In this document: positions 13,702 through 28,832 of the stretch, in pieces
How positions within the stretch are numbered: the first letter of the stretch is position 1
Layout of the letters: every line of letters begins with the position of its first letter
Source: Octopus vulgaris
Lineage: Eukaryota
Assembly: GCA_951406725.2 (NCBI GenBank)
Contig: OX597838.1
Coordinates: 12,462,001 to 12,526,000 of the forward strand
Reading direction: 5' to 3'
Length of the DNA: 64,000 bases
Notes under the pieces: generated by a model
What the model saw: the letters and a program-made list of their open reading frames with translations, nothing else
Database searches by the model: none
What the model was told of the DNA's origin: nothing
Translations under genes and position numbers: made by a program

Positions 13702-14090
13702 GAGTGCATATGTTTGTGTGTCTGTGTTTGTCCCCCTAGCATTGCTTGACAACCGATGCTGGTGTGTTTACGTCCCCGTCCACTAGCGGTTCGGCAAAAG
13801 AGACCCATAGAATAAGTACTGGGCTTACAAAAGAATAAGTCCCTGGGTCGATTTGCTCGACTAAAGGCGGTGCTCCAGCATGGCCGCAGTCAAATGACTG
13901 AAACAAGTAAAAGAGTAAAAGAGTAAAAGAGAGAGTATTGAACCATATCCAGACATTCTACCAGCCAGATCAATACAATTGAATAATTCCCAACCTAGTT
14001 AACATTACCTGCTTCCACTTCAGTGGAATTGGTCCATATTCAAACAGTCTGCTATCTGTGAAAATACTTATTTTCCCATCTGTGCTAGCA
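12700..14090 (-). mobile_element. R4/Dong-like RLE non-LTR retrotransposon remnant (deleted, SINE-interrupted)
   Basis: NTLAIPVVQYSFNIINW, MHHPKADLYLSR..GRG, KILWDFNMQ..IEAR, EKIEKYQPLRDEIRKLW..IPVVIGAL; runs into (TAA)n at 12600-12698. Confidence 0.85.
13484..13932 (+). mobile_element. SINE family A, full length, nested in the Dong-like LINE
   Basis: Head TGGCTGTGTGGTAAG..GGGTTCAGTCCC; tail CAGCATGGCCGCAGTCAAATGACTGAAACAAGTAAAAGAG. Confidence 0.92.
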
Positions 14091-14628
14091 TTTGTGCTAG
14101 CACTTAAATTTTAAATAGTTCCTTCGTGATAACTCGTACCTAAATTTACACTTGAAAATTGAACTTACTCCAGTAAAGTTTAACCTTTATCAATACATAT
14201 GTATAATCCCCTATTTCGGCTAACCATAGTTTGACTTCGCTAGAGAAATAGATAACGTATTCTGCTATTTATAAAATACTTCTCACACGTTGAGTTTTAA
14301 CTTTCTCGCCTATCATATTTAATGGCTGAACCATTTTTTCATATTATTGAAGCTGCAACCATGTAGTGACCGCATGATTCTGTAACTCTACACCTTCAAA
14401 CCTCTAAGTACACCTGTTTATATATACCTTAGACATTATTTCCTCTTTATTAATATGCATGAATCATTAACTCACCTCCTATAATCAGGTTTTCGCAGAT
14501 TCAATCTATTTGAAGTGTTTACATCATAGCATTTATACACATACACTTATATACATACCTATATGCGTAGTTGTTGCGTTAGAATATCTATATCTGTATA
14601 TATTTGTACCTATGTGTATAACTATAAG

Positions 14629-14659
<31 letters not shown>

Positions 14660-14706
14660 ATGAATGTGCAATTTTTCTGATATGTATATTTATATGCCTC
14701 TCTCTC

Positions 14707-14910
<204 letters not shown>

Positions 14911-14991
14911 GTGTATCCATATCTATATTTGTGTCTATGGGCGTGTGTGCAGTTGAATACACCTTCAATATGAGAGTGTGTCTATGCAGTA

Positions 14992-15022
<31 letters not shown>

Positions 15023-15045
15023 GGTGCCTCTATAAATACATGTGT

Positions 15046-15495
15046 ACTGGGTCTGATCAATAAATATCCGGACTGTTATCATAGTAACGAAGCTGTAGCA
15101 TGCAGAGCTATAGCTTGCAGAGTGAAGCCGCTTGCCACAGATTGAACCTGAACTTAAGTTTTAACGTAGCAGCTCACTTCTGATGTTTACAGCAGTGCCT
15201 GGAAGGAAGGTGTGTAGCGTGTGATCAGGCACTGACCATGTCAGAGAAGGTTGAACAGAGAATCTGCGTTAAATTCTGCCAAAAGCTTGGCGATACCTGC
15301 TCAGAGGCCGACGCAAAGTTGCAGAAAACGTATGGAGAGGAGTGTTTGAGCTGTACACAAGTGTACGAGTGGTACGGATGTTTCCAAGATGGCCGAAAGA
15401 ATGTCGATAGTGACGAACGTTCTGGGAGACCATCAGAGCTGAAAAAAAAACATCGCAGATGTGCGTGCAGCTATGAGGAGAAATCGTCGAATCAC
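15046..15495 (+). mobile_element. Mariner 5' end (terminal repeat + N-terminal HTH coding region)
   Basis: EQRICVKFCQKLG..TQVYEWY..FQDGRKNVDSDERSGRPS; TA followed by GGTCTGATCAATAAATATCCGGACT terminus. Confidence 0.88.
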
Positions 15496-15532
15496 CACCA
15501 CCACCACCACCGATATCTGTCTGTCTCTCTCT

Positions 15533-15957
15533 CTATGGAAGACGAGAGTGAAAGGAATTGGAACAGGCATGTTTATCTCCAGTCTCCGAGCTAATCGACT
15601 TTTTTCGTTTTCCACATGAAACGGAAAATAAGGCTGGAGAAGAAATGCCTGTCGCAAAGTGTGTTTCGTTAAAAGATGGAAGTCTATAGCAAGTATGTTG
15701 CGAGTGAAAGAACCTGTTTAATCGAGAATGTAAAAAAAAGGAGAAAGCAAAGTCTTCAGTGTGAGTCTGTGGTTTGTGGGGTCGACCGCGTCCTCCGCTT
15801 CATTTTGTGTTAATCACTCATTCTCATTTAATTGTATATATTTTAATTGTTTGTTTATTCATACGTTTCTTCGTCTCATTCGATACCCTGACCCCAACGT
15901 TTGTTTTGTCTGTCCCCGTATTGTCCCCTCTTTTTCTCAACCTTATGGTGAATAAAG

Positions 15958-15962
<5 letters not shown>
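15533..15962 (+). mobile_element. Tx1-like LINE 3' end inserted in (TC)n
   Basis: TATGGAAGACGAGAGTGAAAGGAATTG shared with 38333-38359; (TC)n on both flanks. Confidence 0.8.
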
Positions 15963-16003
<41 letters not shown>

Positions 16004-16669
16004 TCTCTCTCTCTCTCTCTCTAGATGTAAGACGTGTATAATCTTTAAGAATGTGCAATTCATTAAAATACAATAACTTCCCAAATCTTTGGGCAACCAC
16101 ATGAAGGTTAATATTTGTTACAAGTCTAACAACCTAGCAAGCATTAACTGACATATCATATCGTTTCCGGATGATTTAGGAGGATATTACGTTTTAATGA
16201 ATTGCGTAGTCTTTCAGAATATAGATGTTGCACGTCTTAACCGAATGTACAATGTTACGTTACAATAAAAACCTCCTTATAAAACATTGAAGCAAGACCG
16301 TATAATCCATTCGTCTGTTTTATCATAGGAATGTGTGTGTATGAGTGTTATATGCGTGTGTATAGATATGTAATTGACTAAGGCACAATGGTGTGAACAG
16401 TTGTGCGTCTGTGAAGTAAGCGTTTGCGTTTGTGCACGGGAATTGAGTGTATGCCAGCAAATTAGTGATTGCATGCACATGCATACGTGTATACATGCAC
16501 GAATGTATGCAAGTTATCTTTCTATTTCAATTATCCTGGCTGGTTCGTGAAGAAGAAACATACTTCCATCGTTAGAATTTAGATAAGAAGGAACAGAGTT
16601 AGCAGCTGAAATTCAGGGAAAGAATTCTGGCATATTTTTGCAGTTTCGTTTACAAATTATCTCTATGTT

Positions 16670-16906
16670 ATTTTGTTTTTTACTCTTTTACTTGTTTCAG
16701 TCATTTGACTGTGGCCAAGCTGGAGCACCGCCTTTAATCGAGCAACTCGACCCGGGACTTATCCTTTTGTAAGCCCAGTACTTATCCTTTTGTAAGCCCA
16801 GTACTTATTCTATCGGTCTCTTTTGCCGAACCGCTAATGAACGGGGACATAAACACACCAGCATCGGTTGTCAAGCAATGCTAGGGGGACAAACACAGAC
16901 ACACAA

Positions 16907-16943
<37 letters not shown>

Positions 16944-17222
16944 CGACGGGCTTCTTTCAGTTTCCGTCTACCAAATCCACTCACAAGGCTTTGGTCGGCC
17001 CGAGGCTATTATAGAAGACACTGTCCAAGTTGCCACGCAGTGGGACTGAACCCGGAACCATGTGGTTGGTAAACAAGCTACTTACCACACAGCCACTCCT
17101 GCACCAAAGTATCTCTATGTTTTTTTTTTATTGTTTTTTTTATCTTTTACTTGTTTCGGTCATTAGACTGCGGCCATGCTGCAGTACTGCCTTGAAAGGG
17201 TTAGTGGAACAAATAGACCCGC
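16670..17222 (-). mobile_element. SINE family A, full copy plus tail fragment
   Basis: Matches 11245-11681; internal duplication of ACTTATCCTTTTGTAAGCCCAGT. Confidence 0.9.
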
Positions 17223-17411
17223 AACGACTCTCATTGATGAGGAAATTTCTTCCACTGTTACGTATGGAATCTTTGCTCGACACGGTGTTCCAATAGCTGT
17301 TTTTAGTTTCCAAGTGCAAGGGACATTTTCTGGGGGGGGGGTTGTCTCTCTATTTTATTCTTGTGGGTTATATGTAGTTAGCAGCAGCTAGTTTGATATG
17401 AATTCTTGTTT

Positions 17412-17447
<36 letters not shown>

Positions 17448-17590
17448 CATATACATTTATATTTCTACTTCATCATAACAGGACAAATAACTGGTCGTTG
17501 TAAGATAATGTATTCACAATTACTCGTGTGTATGTGTGTGTGTGTGTGTGTGTTTGTTTGTGTGTATGTGTGTATGTGTGTGTGGGTGTA

Positions 17591-17621
<31 letters not shown>

Positions 17622-17680
17622 ATGTGTGTATGTGTGTGTGTTTGTGTGTATGTGTGTGTATGTGTGTGTGTATGTGTGTA

Positions 17681-17711
<31 letters not shown>

Positions 17712-18000
17712 GTATGTGCGTGTGTGTGTGTGTAGGTATAGAAGTGTCCAGGTAGAGGATAACTATGAAATGACACTGCTTCACAATCGAGACTTGCGGA
17801 TAACAGTGATTATAACCGTAGACTTGTGAAGACCTGTTATTTGTCCTGCTCTGGTAGAGTAGGAACATAAACATGTGTCTGTGTAAACATATGTGTGCAA
17901 GTATGTATATATATGTGCGTGTGTGTGTGTGTGTGTACATACATATATATGTATGTATGTATATATGGATGTATGTATGCATGTACGTATGTATGTGCGC

Positions 18001-18089
<89 letters not shown>

Positions 18090-18311
18090 TAATATATGTA
18101 TACATACATACATATATATATATGGATGGATGGGTGGATAGACTGACGGATATAACTCGTATGTACATGAGTTTGTGGGTATATATATTTTTGTGTGGAA
18201 GTGTGAGTTTCTTTACGAGTTTGTAAGCATATAAATATATGTATGTTTATATATATACATACACACATACGTACATGCATGCATATATATGAGTTTGTGT
18301 ATGTATATATG

Positions 18312-18389
<78 letters not shown>

Positions 18390-18710
18390 ACAATTTGTTT
18401 TGGTGTTTGAAAATTCACCTGACTTTGAATAACTTTTAAATAGATTTATTTACATACATACATACTAAACTAGCTTCAACAATTTTTTGTTTATCAATGG
18501 TACAAATATATATATAAAACTCGGGGGTTGCAACAGAGTTTAAAATTCCAAAATGAAAAAAACGGTCAAACATGTTTAAACTATCAAGTGTTCACATAAA
18601 TTTCAATGAGTTTCACAGGGATGGAGAATATACCTTAGTAAATGTTCGGCGAAGATTATAACATATGTACATTATTGAAAGTTCGGATCATATTGAGTTT
18701 TTATAGAATA

Positions 18711-19108
18711 CTAGCAGTATCGCCCGGCGTTGCTCGGGTTTGTAAGGGAAATAACTATATAAGCATTTTTAGAGAGTTATAGCCCAAAAATAGCAAAAAA
18801 ATGCATTAAAAATGGAAAAAAAATGATGGTATATTTTTTTTTTAATCGTTGACTCATCGTAGACATTTTTAGAGAGTTACTTCCCTTATTTAATAGCGAA
18901 AAAATGCATTAAAATGGAAAAAAATGATGGTAAATTTTTTTTTAAACCGTAGACTCATCGTAGACGCGCGCTAATACCCAGAAGGGCTCGATATGAATCA
19001 CGACTATAAGATACCCGATTTTGGTTAAACTGCACCGCAAAATGTGAGAGTAGTTAAGAATCTAAATCGTAGGAGACAGACACACAACTTCACTTTTATA
19101 TATAAAGA
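18711..19108 (-). mobile_element. Non-autonomous Helitron, complete
   Basis: Minus strand begins TC, ends with hairpin CCCG-AGCAACGC-CGGG then CTAG; lies between A and T with no target duplication. Confidence 0.85.
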
Positions 19109-19164
19109 TGTGGATAAAGAGAGAGAGAACAAAAAGGATGAGAGTAAAAACAAAGGTTATTTTT

Positions 19165-19340
19165 ACAATTTCTGTCACGGTATTTCTGTCAACATCGGCA
19201 GTATTCGCTGTCTTTGAATATTTGCCTTTGAGAGGTTTTTCTTGCCATTTATCAGTCAGAATATCCAAGGCAGCAGTTTTAGTACGAGTTTTCGTGTGCT
19301 TAGCTTTTTTCTGCGCTTGTTTCTCGTATGTCTAATTCTT
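19165..19340 (-). mobile_element. R4/Dong-like LINE fragment
   Basis: KWQEKPLKGKY..ADVD resembles the W..KPLHG.Y motif downstream of the RT domain in the R4 clade. Confidence 0.55.
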
Positions 19341-19369
19341 TACTGGTCTCTTCACTTTTCACGCTGAAG

Positions 19370-19755
19370 AGACAATCTGTGCAATGGAAACACCTCTTCT
19401 CACCAACTCCAAAGAAGGCCAGGATCATTCCATCAGCAGGGAAGGTGATGACCTCAGTTTTTGGGGGATGCAAAAGGCATTGCGTTTATTGACTATCTTC
19501 AAAAGGTCCACGCCATCAATGGAGAGTACTATGCCACGAACGGCTATCAAGACCAAATGCCCAGCGAAACTGACGGAAGGGGTTTAGTTCCATCAGGGTA
19601 ATGTTCCTGCACACAAGTCCTTACTTTCAATGGCTGTTGTGCGTGATTGTGGCTCTGAACTGGCTGATCGCCCTCCTTATTCTCCTGATTTAGTCTCATC
19701 TGACTTCGATCTATTCCCCAACATGAAAAAGCAGATGGCTGGTAAGCAGGATGAG
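19370..19755 (+). mobile_element. Mariner DD34D catalytic-domain remnant
   Basis: SAGKVMTSVF, IDYLQK, INGEYYA, FHQGNVPAH, PPYSPDLVSSDFDLFPNMKK. Confidence 0.88.
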
Positions 19756-19877
19756 AGGACAAAGAGTAACACCGACAGGCTATCCACCCTGAAAGATGCC
19801 TTTTTTGGTAGTGAATGCTATCCCACTCAGTTTGCTCCTATGTATGTATGTATGTATGTATGTATGTATGTCTAAAG

Positions 19878-20196
19878 ACTCCGCCGGTTACGACGACGAG
19901 GGTCCCAGCTGATACGATCAACGGAACAGCTTGCTCGTGAAATTAACGTGCAAATGGCTGAGCATTCCACAGACACGTGTACCCTTAACGTAGTTCTCGG
20001 GGATAATCAGCGTGACACAGAGAGTGACAAGGCTGACCCTTTGAAATACAAGTACAACTCATTTTTGCCAGCTGAGTGGACTGGAGCAACGTGAAATAAA
20101 GTGTCTTGCTCAAGGACACAACGCGTCGCCGGGAATCGAACTCACAACCTTACGATCATGAGTCGAATGCCCTAACCACTAAGCCACGCGCCCTCA
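19878..20196 (-). mobile_element. SINE family C (tRNA head + CORE-like domain)
   Basis: Minus strand TGGCTTAGTGG..GAGTTCGATTCCC..TGTGTCCTTGAGCAAGACACTT..CCACTCAGCTGGCAAAAATGAG; inside (TATG)n. Confidence 0.88.
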
Positions 20197-20744
20197 CTGT
20201 ATGTATGTATGTATGTATGTATGTATGTATGTATGTATGTATGTATGTATGTGTGTATGTATGTATGTATGTATGTATGTATGTATGTATGCGTGTATGT
20301 ATGGATGTATGTATGTATGTGTGTTTGTATGTATGCGTGTATGTATGTATGTATGTATGTATGTATGTGTGTATGTATGTATGTATGTACGTATTTGTGT
20401 ATGTATGTATGTATGTATGATTTATGTGTATGTGTATGTATGCATGCATGTATTGTATATGTATGTATGTGTATATGTATGTATGTGTATGTATGTATGT
20501 ATGTATGTATGTGTGAATGTATATATGAATGCATTGATAGACAAACAGAAAGATAGTTAGATAGATTAATTGACTGATTGATTGATTGATTGATTGATAT
20601 TCACAGCGACACTAAATATATGTTTTGATAATTCATGTATATAGATATACATGTGAGTGTGATTGTGTGTGTATATATACACATGCAGTATATATGTGTG
20701 TGTGTGTGTGTGTGTGCGTGTGCATGTGCGTATGTGTGTGTGCG

Positions 20745-20884
<140 letters not shown>

Positions 20885-21042
20885 TGTGGAGGGAGGGTGG
20901 AGACAGAATGAGAAGAGGAAGGAAGAGTTAGAGACTTTGTGATGTAGGAAGAGCAGAGGTTATAAATAGATGCATTATCGCAACTTCTCATGTCTGCTAA
21001 CGGGTCTCTCCGAAATCCATCTGACGATAACGTCTTACCTAT

Positions 21043-21110
<68 letters not shown>

Positions 21111-21300
21111 TACGTATCTATGGCTGTGTGTTATGTGTATGTGAGTGAGAGTGTGTGTAAAAAATGGAAGATGTGGAAACGCTATCAAATTCACTCCTTT
21201 AAGTCTTTAACAAGGTTTATATATACACCTATATTCACACAAACGCATACACACACACACACGCCAAAATATCAGTACGAATATATGTATATGTAAGTTC

Positions 21301-21338
<38 letters not shown>

Positions 21339-21403
21339 ATGTGCAGGCACGCGTGTATATTATATATATTATGTATGATATATTATACATTTCTGGATAT
21401 AGA

Positions 21404-21484
<81 letters not shown>

Positions 21485-21653
21485 ACAGATACATATATTA
21501 TATGCATATATATATATATACATTCATATATATTATACATAATATATATATAGAGAGAGAGGGAGAGAGAGATTATATGATATCTATATATTATGTATAC
21601 GTACATATATATGTATATTATATATTTTATATAATATCTATAATATATATATG

Positions 21654-21924
<271 letters not shown>

Positions 21925-21998
21925 GTATAAGGTTACCGATAAAGGTTATTTAAGACACCGAACTACTTGGTAAAATTATTACCCTTTATTATTATTGA

Positions 21999-22045
<47 letters not shown>

Positions 22046-22097
22046 TACACAAACATACTTAACAATTCCATATATTATTAATTCATTTCAACAGTTA

Positions 22098-22142
<45 letters not shown>

Positions 22143-22151
22143 CGTACATAC

Positions 22152-22237
<86 letters not shown>

Positions 22238-22496
22238 AGTGAGAGATAGAGAAAGACATATATATAGGTATATACATACATATACGTATGTATATAACAT
22301 ATATGTGAAGGTAAATATACATGTATATAATGTATGTGTGTGTGTGTATGCTGTTATTGCTAGTAAGCTCTCATATCTCCATCAACAACAGACTCCAACC
22401 CTCTTCGAATCAGAAGCCGTGTTGATAATCCAAGCTCATTTATTTTCACAGAAGTGGACTGTGCTAAGGGTGGTGGTGGTGGTGGCGGCGTCGACG

Positions 22497-22527
<31 letters not shown>

Positions 22528-22528
22528 C

Positions 22529-22582
<54 letters not shown>

Positions 22583-22631
22583 TGTTGTTGTTGTTGTAGG
22601 AGGAGGAGGAGGAGGAGGAGGAGAGAGAGAG

Positions 22632-22949
22632 CACTCCGTCGTTTACGACGACGAGGGTCCCAGCTGATACGATCAAAGGAAGAGCTTGCTCGTGAAATTA
22701 ATGTGCAAGCGGCTGAGCACTCCACAGACACAGGTACCCTTATCGTAGGTCTCGGGGAGATTCAGCGTGACACAGAGTGTGACAAGGCCGGCCCTTTGAA
22801 ATACAGGTACAACTCATTTTTGCCAGCTGAGTGGACTGGAGCAACGTGAAATAAAGTGTCTTGCTCAAGGACACAACGCGTCGCCGGGAATCGAACTCAC
22901 GACCTTACAATCGTGAGCCGAATGCCCTAACCACTAAGCCACGCGCCTT
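22632..22949 (-). mobile_element. SINE family C
   Basis: Closely similar to 19878-20196. Confidence 0.9.
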
Positions 22950-22952
22950 CAC

Positions 22953-22985
<33 letters not shown>

Positions 22986-23099
22986 CATTGGTGGTGGTGA
23001 TGAGATCGATGTTAATGGACAACGGTGACTACGGCGACAATGTCTGTTGAGATGATGACGAAAATGACGTTGGTGATGACAATCAGGATGACGGTAAAG

Positions 23100-23161
23100 C
23101 AATTATGATGCTGTTGCTGATGCTGATGTTTTTGATGGCGTTGATGATCATGACGACAACT

Positions 23162-23192
<31 letters not shown>

Positions 23193-23547
23193 CGACGACG
23201 ATGATGATGATGACGATGATGACGACGACGATGACGACGATGATGATGACGACGACAATGATGATGATGATGATGATGATAATGATGACGACAACGATGA
23301 TGATGACGACGATGATGGCGACGACGATGACGACGATGATGATGACGACAATGATGATGATGATGATAATAATGATGACGACAACGATGATGATGATGAT
23401 GATGATGATGACGACGACGATGATGATGACGACGATGATGACGACGACGATGACGACGATGATGATGACGACGACGATGATGATGATGATGATGACGACG
23501 ACGACGACGATGATGATGACGATGACGATGATGATGATGATGATGTA

Positions 23548-23595
<48 letters not shown>

Positions 23596-23646
23596 GACGA
23601 TGATGACGACGACGATGATGATGACGATGATGATGATGATGATGTA

Positions 23647-23679
<33 letters not shown>

Positions 23680-23765
23680 GACGATGATGATGATGACAAT
23701 GATGATGACGACGATGATGATGATGATGATGACGACGACGACGACGATGATGATGACGATGACAA
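23100..23765. repeat. (GAT/GAC)n trinucleotide array
   Basis: Directly visible. Confidence 0.97.
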
Positions 23766-24274
23766 TTTCTTTCATGATGGTGGCGCTGGTATCGTTATAT
23801 TTTACCTCCAATCACAACGTCTACCACATTGCAGGATTGTTTAAACTAGCAACATCGCGAGTTCAAACTCCGCCTGACTCAACCAACACGCCACCTCACC
23901 CCATCTCACCCCACCTCACCCCACCCACCACCCATCCACTACCCATCCACCCCGCATCCAACGTATTGTCTGCCTCCAAAGGAATGCAAGAACTGTGTTC
24001 AGTTTATAGTGGTAACAGACAAGGGTATCAGGGTGGAATGCAGTAGTTGGGTGTGTTAAGAGACTTGCTTCAATGTTGGCAAACCTTAAAGGATGTTGGC
24101 ACTGCTAATATTAAATGCCAAATGGCATCAAAGCACTCTAGCTTAACTCTTTTCTTATGCTGATACCTGCTTCTGTGTCTGACTGTGCTGGGTATGCACG
24201 TGGGTAGGAGTAAGACTAGGAGTACGCTAGAGGTACACTTGAGCATGTGTGTGAACGAATGAGTGGGTGTATCT

Positions 24275-25129
<855 letters not shown>

Positions 25130-25302
25130 TTGTATTATATATATAAATATATATTATATCATATGTACACGCATACACATACACATAGACACACAAACAG
25201 TGTTTGACAAAGAAACCATGTCTTTTCAATGGATACCTTTAAAAATGCATTATATACATAAAATGCAGTATGTGTGTATGTGTGTGTGCGTGTGAGAGAG
25301 AG

Positions 25303-25439
<137 letters not shown>

Positions 25440-25534
25440 GTGTGTGTGTGTGTGTGCGTTCGTGTGTACGTGCTTCTGTACGTTTGCGTGCGTGTAAATG
25501 CATAATACAGACACATACTCAATTCCTGTATTCC

Positions 25535-25810
25535 TTTTGAACTTCCGAATTATTTAAAGGAATCGGCCACAGCTAACCTTTTATCTTTCACATGTATTTC
25601 AGGAACATTATTAAGAACATGCCCGGGAGCTGGTTGATACACCCTTTGCATTAATTGATAATTCAAAGATGTTACAAGCAGCGTCGAACGCTTTGATGAG
25701 GTTCTGTAAAGCAATCTCACTATGAGATACGAATTCACAGGCAACAAGATGCAAAGGTTTTAGAGAAAGCCAGAATCTCATCAATTTACACAAGGCTGAT
25801 TTTCAATCAG
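25535..25810 (-). mobile_element. Old RTE reverse transcriptase fragment
   Basis: CEFVSHSEIALQNLIKAFDAACNIFELSINAK and YQPAPG..PEIHV..LAVADSFK match the RTE region after YADD. Confidence 0.7.
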
Positions 25811-25886
25811 CTGAGGTGAACAGGCTCTTTAATATGGATAGGGTATGAGCGCATCCTTAAGCAGGTTTTTTTTTATGAAGGGCTGC

Positions 25887-26362
25887 TCATCATCATTGTT
25901 CGACCGTGGTCGAGACAATGGAATTTACCATGCTACGCCAGACTTCACGGTCCATCATGGCATTACGGAGGGTCCTGTTGCTGGATGCCTGTATCCCTGG
26001 AGATTACATCAGGGTAGGAGAGTGTGTGCCCTCTGGTATTGCGAGTAGATGGCTCTCTCATCATCATCATTATCATCATCATCATCATCATTGTTCGACC
26101 GTGGTCAAGACAATGGAATTTACCATGCTACGCCATACTTCACGGTCCATCATAGCATTACGGAGGTCCTGTTGCTGGATGCCTGTATCCCTGGAGATTA
26201 CATCAGGGTAGGAGAGTGTGCGCCCTCTGGTATTGCGAGTAGATGGCTTCCAGAGGAGAAGAGTAGAAATTACCTCTTTTTCAGCTCTACAACAGTGTCC
26301 AGCAAACTGGACTCTCCTACCTTTCACAAGAGATGACACAGGTGGTAGTTTCCCATATATTT
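25887..26362 (-). mobile_element. RTE-group LINE 3' end, two tandem truncated copies with (TGA)n tails
   Basis: RRVQFAGHCCR..LLLWKP..RGRTLSYPDVISRDTG..AMMDREVWR; 25896-26053 duplicates 26089-26248. Confidence 0.85.
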
Positions 26363-26559
26363 GCTACTAAATGAGTGTAGATGTTGATTGTAACGCCCAT
26401 GAAATCGTAAGCAGGGAGCGCCATGCATTTCCAATGCATACCACTAAAGTGTGTATTTGATGTTCGATATATCCACTCCTTTGAGAGATAAGGCTTTCCG
26501 AGCAGACAAGCGGATTAATTAGTTACAATTGTGAACAATAGTACCCAATTCACAATTTA

Positions 26560-27110
26560 TGAAGTGCTGGGAAGTAAAAACGGTGCAAACGAAAAAGAAT
26601 GGTATAAAAAAAAACTTGCAAAAAACCAATCCTGCGGAGTGGATATATCAACACAAGGATGTTGTATCAGTCGCTCTTCTCTGAAATAGTTGGCAAAAAG
26701 GAGATCTGGTCTGGTGTAAGAGATTTTGAAGAAAACAAACAAAAGTATGCAAAATTGAAAAGAGAACTACGGGAAAATAGCATCTTGCTAAGCAAAGAAA
26801 CATTGAGCATCTGAAGCTCAATGTGTGGCAAAACTTGCCTTTGTAAGGCTGGCTTAACTTCATTTCATAATTCTTCATACAATCAACCCGAATAACATAA
26901 AGTGCATTCAAGCAGACACCCTCATGTGCCATATTTGTAATATGACATATAAGTTCCATGCTGGTCGAAAAAGGCATTTAAATTTTCATGGATTAGATAA
27001 GGTAAACAACACAGAGGCAAGAAATATTTGCGGTTTGTAATGCAAATTTCAAACAGCTCCCAGGACTCAAAAGTCACTTGCGTGCTCATGCACGGAGAAA
27101 TCACATCTAA
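26560..27110 (+). mobile_element. Old RTE-like ORF C-terminus with three decayed C2H2 zinc fingers
   Basis: GVRDFEENKQKYAKLKRELR, then SSMCGKTCLCKAGLTS, CHICNMTYKFHAGRKRHLNFH (26927-26989) and FAVCNANFKQLPGLKSHLRAH (27027-27089); frameshifted. Confidence 0.65.
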
Positions 27111-27177
27111 CAAGAGGTACTCAAGCTTTGAATTGGAGCAAACAACCTCTTTCTCGCTCGCTCTCTCGCTCTCTATA

Positions 27178-27213
<36 letters not shown>

Positions 27214-27324
27214 CATACATGCATACATACATTCATACATACATATATAAGGATCTACAAATGCAACGTAACAGTATGATATACGTGCATCAGTTACGCC
27301 ACCTGACGGTATCCAAGGGAATAT

Positions 27325-27550
27325 AAAGGCGGCGAGCTGGCAGAAACGTGTGCACGCCGGGCGAAATGCGTAGCCGTATTTCGCGCTGCCGTTACGCTCT
27401 GAGTTCAAATTCCGCCGAGGTCAACTTTGCCTTTCATCTTTTCGGGGTCGATAAATTAAGTACCAGTTACGCACTGGGGTCGATATAATCGACTTAATCC
27501 GTTTGTCTGTCCTTGTTTGTCCCCTCTGTGGGTAGTACAGAAATAGGTAT
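27325..27550 (+). mobile_element. SINE family B, full length
   Basis: GGCGGCGAGCTGGCAGAA head; flanked by GGTATCCA(A/T)GGGAA repeat (27308, 27546). Confidence 0.9.
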
Positions 27551-27857
27551 CCATGGGAAAATCATGTGACTCACCACTAACATCTTCATAAGACCTTTTC
27601 GTTTAGGTTTAACATGGGAAACGCAACATGTCCATCACAATATAAGAGAAAACTCTGAGAGCAAGGACAAGATTTCCATATTATAACTTTGAATATTGGG
27701 ATATGAAGTTGCACAGATCTACTTCATATCCCAATGGATAATAATATAATTGCTGAAAAGTTCCAAAGGCTGAAAAAAACCTGCGATATCTCTCAGTAAA
27801 AATTCCGAGGTATCGTTTAACTGTCATCGTTAGTAGATGCGCGCACAGCATATATAT

Positions 27858-28087
27858 ATTTCTTTACTGCCCAGAAGGGGCTAAACATAGAGGGGACAAA
27901 CAAGGACAGACGAAGGGATTGAGTCGATTATATCGCCCCCAGTGCGAAACTGGTACTTTATTTATTGACCCCCGAAAAGATGAAAGGCAAAGCTGACCTC
28001 GGCGGAATTTGAACTCAGAACGTAACGACAGACGATATACCGCTAAGCATTTCGCCCGGTGTGCTAACGTGTCTGCCAGCTCGCCGA
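27858..28087 (-). mobile_element. SINE family B
   Basis: Reverse complement of the family sequence. Confidence 0.9.
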
Positions 28088-28551
28088 CTTTGCCAAGCAT
28101 ATATACACACCTATCACATACACCCACATGTTCGCGGACGCGAATACTCATACATGGGTGATACACCCTAGCCGGGTATGTAATTTGATGGCCCGCATGT
28201 CTCTTCAAAGACCGGCCTGATAGACCAGACAGCAGGACACCACTAGCATCTTCTTGTCCGGCCACGCAGTCCAGGGCACCATCAGCATCTTCTTGTCCGG
28301 CCACGCGGTCCCATTTTAATGCATCTGGTGTCGCTGGAATGTCGACTCCACTTCTAACACCAAGTGATTCGTCTTGGCTAGAAGCAACCCAGATTTCAGT
28401 AGCCATCTTGGACTTCTTACACTTCACCTTTCGGTTAACTGAGATCGACAATCTCGGTTTCTGTAAGACGTCTACGAACCTTTTAACTTGCATGGAGCCG
28501 ATTCAAACTGTTTTAAATAATAATATATATACCTGTGTGTGTAAATGTACA

Positions 28552-28627
<76 letters not shown>

Positions 28628-28832
28628 TAAACGTTAAAAAAACACAAACTGGGACAAGAACGTGAAACATTTTGAAGACGGCAAAAAACACACAGACGGG
28701 ACTTTCGAAGCTCTCAGTCATCAGTCAAGAACCAGATCATCTTCGCAATTTCGGCTGATTAATCTTATATATATATAGTTTATGAATAAATGAAAGAATG
28801 GAGTTGAACGACAAATTAACAAATTTCCTTTA

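Noticed and set aside
28690-28730. Hammerhead in the family at 1-30, 28690-28730 and 53915-53950 (minus strand CTGAWGA..TTCGAAW)
   Set aside because: Stem II does not close properly, two copies read GAAT, and there is no convincing stem I; at most a relic
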